NCBI GenBank assembly: GCA_000165425.1
Contig: CT868662.1
Coordinates: 1 to 64,000, forward strand
Direction: 5' to 3'
DNA: 64,000 bases
DNA from: Paramecium tetraurelia
Taxonomy: Eukaryota
The translations under genes and the position numbers were made by a program. The notes under the pieces are model-generated. The model had not been told where the DNA came from and ran no database searches. It worked only from the letters and a program-made list of their open reading frames with translations. Shown here in pieces: positions 55,001-64,000 of this stretch. The first letter of the stretch is position 1, and every line of letters starts with the position of its first letter.

Positions 55001-55069
55001 TTTTTCTATTTTATTATAGTTTAATTATAGACATACTATAATATTCAAAATTTATTTATTTTTATTAAT

Positions 55070-55925
55070 ATGGGAACTTGTTAATCTTAAAAACATACTA
55101 GTAATCCTGTCCAAAAAAAAGATTAGACTACTATCAGTTCCTAATTTACAACCATTAGGGAATTGATTCACTTTTTCGATTAGATTAGTTTAGAAAAATT
55201 AAATTTCCCAGATTTATCAGCTTTTTTATCAAAGCATATAGACAAAAATAGAATTGTAAACGAGGGTAAAACTTGGGTAGCCATTAATGAAGTTAAAACT
55301 ATTTTAAACAACAAAACTATTATTTTGATAAGGAACTTTAATCCAGAAACTGATGCAGCCATTCAATTAATTTATTTGCTGAAACAATTAATAGAAGTCT
55401 CCATGGGAGCTTAAGAACTATAAATTAGCTTCAATGAAAATGCCGTCGAGCTTTTTCATTACTATCAAGCTCAACTCGTCTAAGTAATTTTTATTACCAA
55501 TTCCCTAGGTCTCCATTGAAGTATTATTAGCAGTTAATACATTAATAAAAAAATAGGAGTAATGGTGGAAAGATAGTTATTTCAGTTGGCGCAGCAGTTA
55601 CATTTAATCCATGTTTAAAATTAAATAGCCTACAGTAGAAAAGATTGATCTAATTTAGCCATTTTACGAATTTATCGCCTTGTTAAAACAATGTGCTAAG
55701 CAAATCTGTAATCAACAAAAGTCCCCAGATCTAATCGAAATCGACATTAAAGCGCAATAAGAAGTCTTAGAATAATTCTACAGCTAGATTAGAACGGGCT
55801 TTTTATAAAATTGTTCAACACATTATGAAAGCATTAATTGGGAGCGGCAAAATGCTTCAAAATCAATAGGGTAAAAGCTCTAATTTTATAATCTCTATAT
55901 AAAAAAGTAAAACTATACTGCTTGA
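55070..55925 (+). CDS. Hypothetical helical protein with MGTC acylation motif (1 intron)
   Basis: MGTCQSQKHTSNPVQKKRLDT..., an intron near 55484-55508, ends KKQNYTA*. Confidence 0.8.
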
Positions 55926-56189
55926 TTCTATAAATTATTTAAAATATTACTATTCTCAAGTAAATTCTAGATATTTCTGTAATTTCACAAATTAAATAAT
56001 AATGATGTTGAAAAATCGGTTTATATAATAATCTAAAAGCTCCCAATGTTATCTATCATTTTGAATGTCTTCTAAAAAACATCCTAAGATTTTTGTTCCC
56101 CATTTTATATTACTTTTGGATCACCTGAGCCATGATTAATTTTGAATTGTTGAGGATTAATTGAAATTAAACCTAATTTCAACTAAAAT

Positions 56190-56452
56190 GCTTGTTTAAT
56201 GTTGCTTTGCATTCTCTATAATGACTATGTTTAATAATAAACAATGTACCTTGTGTAATTGATCTATATTTTTCTTATCCAGCAGTGTCCCAAATCTAAA
56301 ATAAGATATTATTTTTAAGAAATTAATGATGTTAGAATCCAATAGCTGTTTCAGATTGTGAATTTATGTCTAAAAAGCCGTGAACTCATTTAATAAACCT
56401 ATTTGTAAAGAAAATGTTATTTCCCTACTCCGCTGTAGCCTAGTAGGATGAT
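56190..56452 (-). pseudogene. Rab GTPase pseudogene fragment
   Basis: IILLGYSGVGK and QIWDTAGQEKYRSITQ...HYR are recognisable. They are separated by a TGA and a frame change, and no G4/G5 motif follows. Confidence 0.8.
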
Positions 56453-56934
56453 TAATTAAGTGATCGAACGTTCCTTTATTTATAATTCTCATTCGTCACA
56501 TAAAATGAAAGAAAACTCATTCTAGGACAAATTTTAAGTCAGCCTTCAACCAGACTAAAAGTAAATTAGAATCTATACTTTTTTAAAATAACAAATTTAT
56601 GCTATAAATTAATGAATTAGATGAATGCATGAAAGACCCTTAAATAGTTGTGGATTTGTCAAATAAAGTAGATGATATTTAAAAGATAATAATTATTATA
56701 ACAAAATAGAAAATATGAATTTATAAATTTGTCTATTAAGGTTCAAGGCTGCATATTAAAATTTGTGATTTCTTCAAAACTTTAATGAATGTGATGAATA
56801 CTGAATTCCAAAGATTGATGATTATGCTTTGGGGAAAATATGATTTAAATTTTTATTAATAATGATAAAAGAAAAAGATGAGCAAATTAAAATTATGACA
56901 AACTTTTTATAGAGCAAACTCTTCATTATAGAAT

Positions 56935-58620
56935 ATGAAAGGAGATATGTAAAAGAATGAGAAAAAAGGATCCTTGCTTAATGTACAAATCAAATACTTT
57001 TAATTATTTAATGAGGAATAGGAGGTAATTTAAGAATCAAATTGTAGTTAGTGAGAATTTGTACTAATTCTTACAGTTGTGTGAATTCAGCCTTGAAATG
57101 TGTCCTAAGAGAGAAGGTTTAAAGTTAGCCTTTGAAGTAATTTTGGAGAATGTTATCAAATATAAAATATAATCAGAATTCCAACCCTTGCTATTATTAG
57201 AATTTATAGAATATTTAGCATTTTCCACCTCAATTTTAAGAAATTATCAAGAAGGACGTGGATAGAACAACTTAGGATGAGGAGTGTAGAGTAAAATTGA
57301 GCAGTGTCCTGAATGCATATAGTATTCGTAATGCCTAAGTTGGGTATTGCTAAGGATTTAACTATATAGCGTATTATTTCCTTTAGCATTTCAACGAGGA
57401 GGTATGAATTTGATCTCATTTAGGAAACCTTTTGGTTTTTATGCCATTTATTTGAGACTATCCTACCACCAAATTATTACAATCATTTATATGGAGTTTA
57501 ATGCGATGATTTTATTATTAAGGATCTGATAGTGTTCTTAAGACCGTAGTTAATTAGTCATATGCAAAAATTGTAGGTTGAAACAAGCTTATTTACAATT
57601 TAATGGTTGGTTTGCTGTTTTACATTTCACAATCAATTGAGCGAGACAATTATAGACTTATTATTACTTGATGGATCTAAAGCATTGATAAAATGTGTTC
57701 TGACTTATCTAAACTTTTTAGAGCCCATTTTATTGCAATGTGAGGATATTGGCTCATTTATCATTTCAATAGAAAACTTTATTTAGAGTTATTAAGATAG
57801 AGAACAGTTTGTCAAGGAGTACAACAGACTTTATATCAATAACAAAATACTGTAATTTGTCAGATAGGATTATTCAAGAAAAGTAGTCACCATGATTTAA
57901 CAAAGAAGCAATTAGATTGCTAAACAGTTGGATACTTATTTATTGGATTTGAAATAAAAGAAATGTAATTTAGAATCACCTGTGTGTCAATATATTTTGG
58001 AAACTTGGACCAGAAATAAAAGACATCTTGATTTTATTATTATTCAAGAACAAAATATAAAAATCATTTAAGACTATGAGCAAACTAAGAATAGGAAATC
58101 CATTTTAGATAAAAATGATTAATTGATATTTAGATAAAAACATATATGTCAATCAGATGATATCATATTAATTAGAGAAATCTAGTACTCCGATGTATAA
58201 GATGTTGAATTTGTAAACATCAAATAAATTCAGAAAAATAATTAAGTTAGTAAGAGAGCACGTAGTCCCATTAAAGAAATCCTTCTATTTCCATTGAAAG
58301 CATTTAATTAGAAAGAGTAGGAATAGAAATTAAAGATGAACCCCTAAAAATATAAAATAGAACCCTATTAGATCTAAAGATCTGTAAAAAGTGTTCAACC
58401 CTAACAATCACCCAACTCTGTTCAATACAATAGAGCCAGATCTCCACAATATAGAAGATCTTATTAACCTAAGGATATGAGCCATTCATAGCATGCTGGA
58501 TCCACCCAGAGAACACAGATTGAAGAACCACCAACGATTCGATAATCAATAACAATATAATTTTTGGCTGAGCTCTCTAAAAACACTGGATTAATTAATC
58601 TGGAATTTGAATATTAATGA
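56935..58620 (+). CDS. TBC-domain Rab GTPase-activating protein
   Basis: IIKKDVDRT (Arg finger), LNAYSIRNAQVGYCQGFNYI (Gln finger), EE/ETFWFL, FTIQWLVCCF. The start is inferred via a 23-nt intron near 57025. Confidence 0.92.
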
Positions 58621-58651
58621 TTTTTAAGTAACAAAATGATGTATTATAAAA

Positions 58652-59827
58652 TCATACTTATTGATATAAACTATACTAAAAATAAAGCATTTTATACCTA
58701 ATCTGTATTTACTTAATCTAAAAGATACTGTTATTTAGAGGTGCTTTAGATTCTATATGGAGAATTTTGTTGGCTGTTTGACACTGAGTAATTTGTTGGG
58801 GCTAAATTGAATATGAAGAATTACAATAATAATTGTTCTGCACGTCGGTTATGGCTAGCTGGGGGACATTTTTGTAGTAAAATTATTTCTAGTCGTAAAA
58901 ATAAACTTGAAATTTTATATCAACACATTATACATGGCTATTATTTTTGGTTATAAAATTAGTATTGATTATAGGGCAAAACTTAAGGATATTGGGATGG
59001 AGGTCCATTTTCTAAGGAGAGTAAAGTCTGTTGGAAATTTGTCTCTTCCTAACACACTTTGATTATCTCCTTGAAATTTGTTACTGTATTTTAAAGTTTA
59101 TAGATCATACCTATGTTTGGAAGATTGGCCAAGACATTTGTGAGCATGATGGTCACATAATCATACTTTTTATTGAATTCTAATTATGTTTAATGAATTG
59201 TCTATAATTAAGGTATTTTCATACTTGCAGAGTGATAAAATTTTATCTATTTAAAGAAGTTGACTAATCAATGGATTTAGACAAATTCATTTACATATTT
59301 TTATGGCTCTCTTGAAGATCTTGGAGCAAAATTTTCATATTTTCATGTTCTTATTTATAATAATCAAGCTCATGATTTTTTTACTCTATAGTTTCTATTT
59401 TTAAATCTGATTCCTCTTGATTTCTACGTCTGATATATTGGATCATGTTTCTAGAGATAAGAATTAAATTGATGGTACTTTTAGCCCTTCCTGAACCACT
59501 TGTGTCTAAATTCACTAGATCCATATTGATTTCTAGTCTTTTTAAAATTGTACATGTTTAGTTATCTACATAAATGTGTTCTCTTACCTTAGAAAGCTAG
59601 GATAATTTTTATGTTTAAAATAGTTGGCCAAAACTTTTGATGACAACTCATGTGGATTGTATACAATAAAGGCTGTTCCTTCTTTGTTCCAGGATATGAG
59701 ATTCGATAATGATTCATTCTTAAAGATGATATACTCAAAATACTTCCAATATTTCGTAAGTTTTTATTAAAAATGAAGGCACGCTCACTTTCAAATGGGG
59801 ATAGATGATGGGATCAAGAATTGACAT
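58652..59827 (-). CDS. Heat shock factor (HSF)-type transcription factor
   Basis: VPSFLIKTYEILE, ISWNKEGTAFIV, YFKHKNYPSFLRQLNMYNFKK, EFRHKWFRKG, followed by a coiled coil. Many tiny introns. Confidence 0.96.
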
Positions 59828-60243
59828 AATATTTATTTTTTTAAGGATTATTCATGATTTTATTTCATTTAAATATCACAAAATTAAGACGAAAGATTTG
59901 CTTAGAATAACAAAGTTAAAGTTCATATTATATTGGCAAAAATTAATTGAATTATTGAATTTCTTTTCAAAATAATTTGATTTTGGAGAGAAATGTTAAA
60001 TTTTTAACAACCATGTGTTGATAACCAATCCTTATTTGGTGATTAGGATTTAAATATTGAAATTAATTAAAGTTGATAAAAATGAAATTATGGCAACATT
60101 ATTGAATTTAGAGAAATTATTATTTAGAAAAAACAAAATTTGGTTAACTTGAATGTTTTTTATAAACTCTCTGGCCATTTGTATTTATTTCCAATGACTT
60201 TTATATACGTATTTTAAATTGACATAAAATGCTTAATAATAAT

Positions 60244-60663
60244 TCATATTAACATTGCAAATACAGATATAATAATTACAATGTCATTGATTTCTCTTTA
60301 TGCACTACATATACCATCAGTGTTTGTATCAAAACTAGCACCAACTATTTATTATAATTGAATCAATACGTGCAACTGTAAATTTTGAATCATTATTTTA
60401 TTGGATGATGCAGCTTACACAATACTTGAATGGCTTATCTAGTTTGCTCAAATTTCTATTTGTGTAGTCCAACAATTGATTGCTCCAACTAATAACCTTT
60501 TCTTTTGAATAAATTAAAGTGGCTGGAGGATTTTCCCCTTCCTTTAATTAGAACACAGCATTAATTCCGTCGTCAATTGCCTTAGCTACTTCCTCTCCAA
60601 TATATTCTCCTTTCTTATAATATAGAGCACCATATTTACATCTGCACCTCCGTCGTCTGCCAT
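60244..60663 (-). CDS. Tctex-1 family dynein light chain (2 introns)
   Basis: YSKEKVISWSNQLLDYTNRNLSKLDKPFKYCVSCIIQQ...FDTNTDG...IIISVFAMLI*. Confidence 0.93.
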
Positions 60664-60813
60664 TTTATTTTACTTATTGTTATTATAATATAAAAAGGGC
60701 AAATAAATTAGTATTTGTATATGCAAACAAAACCAGATAACGGCCTTTAAAATTGAATAGACTCTTTTAGAGTATTCAAAGTACATGAAGAAATTTATAT
60801 TCAAACAAGATAA

Positions 60814-61416
60814 ATGATTTAACAATATGCGGTTACTACAATGAAAAATGCAATTATTGAGCAACTTTTAAATATTCAAGAGATTAAAATCGAATAGAAC
60901 AATTATTAGGAAGTGTAAGCTTGTTTGAAATTTCACAAAAACTTATTACATTCATTTACTGAAATTAAAGTCATTTCATGTTAAAAATAAACATTGTATT
61001 TAATAAGCAAATGTAATATGTACTATCCAAAGGAAGATGATGAGAAATTATTTGCCTTAATTTTAAGGAGTTAATAATAATACAGAAAATTATAAAATAA
61101 TTCATCTTCAAAAGTAGAAATTATTTTACCCCAAATAGGTTAAGAATTATACTATTATTATGGTTGTCTTATAAATAATTAATATCCATTTTTAGAATAG
61201 CTATCTTAATTCTACTTCGATATCATATAACATACAAAGATTGATATTTCTGGTAAATGGCTCCAATTTGTCCTTATATAAGGTATGATATTTTTCCCAG
61301 TGTTCTTTTACTTTAAAAGGAAAGAGGAAAAAAATTCTATTTATTTTCCATCAATTCTTTTACTTTTACAAATCATTTTTTCTTTATAAAATTAATTATA
61401 TATATGGCTATTCTGA
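60814..61416 (+). CDS. Hypothetical protein (~200 aa) with hydrophobic C-terminus
   Basis: A 201-codon open frame from ATG 60814. An upstream in-frame ATG at 60721 is cut off by TGA at 60754. Confidence 0.5.
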
Positions 61417-61538
61417 ATCATGTTAAAACATTGTCAATTTAAACTTCACTCTAGAATTTAATATAAATCATAGGTAATTGATATTTTAATTAAATGTATA
61501 TAATCTCCCCTTAAATAAATAAGGTATATATATTATAA

Positions 61539-61688
61539 TCAATCATCTTTGTCTTCCTTTTCTGCAAATATTTCAAAAGCCTTTTTAATTGATTCCATAT
61601 TTATAGCAACAGGTGGTTACAAATTGTGCTCTCTAAAGTAAAATCCTAGGGGTAATCCCATGAAAAATCCAACTGCTAAAAAGAACAT
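61539..61688 (-). CDS. 49-aa single-TM microprotein, STMP1-like
   Basis: MFFLAVGFFMGLPLGFYFREHNLQPPVAINMESIKKAFEIFAEKEDKDD*, with a GxxxGxxxGxY helix. The ORF is GC-richer than its flanks. Confidence 0.75.
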
Positions 61689-61723
61689 ATAATGTTATAA
61701 TAATTAATATAAATTTAATTAAC

Positions 61724-64000
61724 TCATTCAAACTTTCTTAAAATATTGATAATGCTGCTATTGAATAATTATTCATTGGGAATGACAACAAGGCTTAGTT
61801 TTAGTGATCTTATGTATTTATTGGACTTCTTTATCCAAAAGTAGTGGAATATTATATATAAAATGAAGTATAGTAATCCTGCAATGTAAATATAGAGTAA
61901 CAAAATAATGAAATCAGAGTATCTGATATCTGAGATATTTTTAGTAAGAAGTTCTAAAAATCTTACAAAACATAGATACGAATCTTTGAAATGAGATAAA
62001 ATTATGTAGTGGAATTCAATAGTTTAATAAACACCATTGATTTCATTTTGATTTGGATTAAATTCAACATTATCTATTTCATATCCATAATTGAGTTAAT
62101 AATAGCTTGATTGTATGCCCATGATTCCCAAAATTCCACTTTTTAAATAATCCAAATCGTTATCGTAGTCATAATATTAGCCATATCTATTAACAAACTC
62201 AATCTGAGAAACATTATAAAACTAGCAAAATGGTATTTCATTGTAAAGTACTAAACAAATATCTTAATCGATGAGCTTTTTAAGAGAATTAACATCCTCA
62301 GTTGGTGGTAAGGTAGAAATAACATCATTAAATAAAGATTTCATGGTTTCACTGAATGTCGTTTACAATTCAATGAACAATTAGATCATTTGATTACCAT
62401 CATCAAAGCTCTTAATCTACTATTCAGAATAAATGTGATTTTCAATGAATTTACTGTAGATTTATGGCTAAGATTTAATAATCAATCCACTAAACACAAG
62501 AATATCAATATTAACACTAAATTTGACATATTGAGATTCCAATTTTACTATTGGGATCATCCTTTAAGTTTAGGAATCATACAAAATATACAATCCCCAA
62601 ATGAAGCATAAGTAAATGATTAAGAAAATGACTATCTTCAACAGTTGGAATTTGAATCTAATTCTGATGTGTTTTATTCTGGAATTTAAATTCGAGGTTC
62701 GATTAGATTTACCTTGAATCAGTTTGGTTTTGTATATGTTATCATAATCATTCTAGAACACATAAGACCAAAAATTGATTCTTTTCCAAGAGTCTTCTCC
62801 AGCAATATTTTTTAAGGACTATAAGAGATATTATATTTTAACAATCTCATTCATTATTTCTTATTCTTTCACTCTTCCCACTAATAATGTAAGAGTCTAA
62901 TTTTGAATTTGGATTTTTAAACTAAAGATGAATTACACACAATAGAGAAGTAGCATCAAAATTGTATTAGTGATAATGGATATCAGTTGATTAGTTTACT
63001 GTAAATCTGTAATTAATTTAAATTAATTTTCCAACTCATCCATAATTAATACAGTGATCAATCGCATGTTTTTTACATTATATCTTAAAATGGTCATTGC
63101 TTAAATATAATCTGAATTGATCTCCTCATTGACTAAAATTTACTTAGTGAAGAAATTCATATAATCTATAAATTAAGTTAGCTTTACTTCTTTGAACTTA
63201 TACAATCCTTAAGATTAATTGATATAAGGTAGGTGTTCCTCAGTTTCAATTAAGGATGGATATATTAAGGAGACATTCCCCAACATGAACTGATTTATTA
63301 ATTTCATTTAATATTTGTTTTGATTTTTCTAGAACTAACTTATATTTAGGATACTATAGTTAGAGCAAGTAGTGATCCAAGCTAAGGTGGCAGTCTTAGA
63401 ATAATATCTATTTAAATTCATAGGGACTTTCATATTTGAAGTTATAGTTTGAAACGTCTAATACCCTGCATAGAGTTTTACACTGTTGAAGATGCATAGA
63501 AAAAGATTAACTATAACAGTTAGCATGCATATCAAGATTATTGCCTTGACGTTGTTGGTATATTTAATTTTATTTTAAAAAAGATTATTAAAATACGTGC
63601 TAGTTCTGCTTGATTATCTTGAAATGCCACTCGATTGACTTTGATTGATAGCCATTTCCATTTCGCTGATATTTCGTTTTTAGTTCTTAATACTCTATTG
63701 ATGAGGTTGTATGCTATCGTTTTCTTTACAAAATTACAACCGATTTGATTGAGGAGGAGAAAAGAAATCTTCTTACTTTTCATCAGAACTAGAGGATGAA
63801 TTCTGTCCTCCTGCAAAATCATTTATTTCACTCTAAATCTCAGGTTTGAGGAAGATAACTCTCCTGCTGGAGTTCCCCCCATTAGTTTCAAGTCTTATAT
63901 TTTCAGTAGTATTGGTGTTGGATTTGCCTACTTGACATACATTGATTTCATCAAACTCAGTCTGATTTTCGATTCTCTACATGAACTGACTTTAAATTCG
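61724..64000 (-). CDS. 3' part of a large multi-pass membrane protein (ciliate PAS/TmcB-like family); 5' end lies outside the window
   Basis: Long open frame in code 6 with a Ser-rich linker and alternating TM and large-loop segments. Ends YIRSLKLSLVVIPNEQLFNSSIINILRKFE*. The family call rests on architecture only. Confidence 0.8.

Overview
Very AT-rich ciliate macronuclear DNA, most likely Paramecium. Genes read through only if TAA/TAG encode Gln and TGA is the sole stop (translation table 6), and they carry tiny 20-31 nt GT..AG introns. The supplied standard-code ORF track therefore fragments real genes and many of its entries are antisense shadows. The first ~8 kb is gene-poor. It holds a 93-bp imperfect palindrome and a disrupted zinc finger/pentapeptide/15x WD40 gene. 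The rest is gene-dense (about 30 genes): Rab, Sin3, a DH-PH-PX-FERM RhoGEF, ACBP, an ammonium transporter, SRP receptor alpha, SF-assemblin, an SLC37-like MFS, four protein kinases (CAMK-like, DYRK2-class, CDPK, ULK/CAMK-like), an FHA-like plus tandem-BRCT protein, a prominin/tweety-like protein, a USP, a MATE, two tandem SV2-like MFS genes, a non-canonical aquaporin, a C2HC zinc finger protein, a B-box-like/coiled-coil/SPRY-like protein, a TBC RabGAP, HSF, Tctex-1, a 49-aa STMP1-like microprotein and the 3' part of a large multi-TM gene. Decayed gene remnants lie between them. All translations and splice calls were made by eye and no database search was run.
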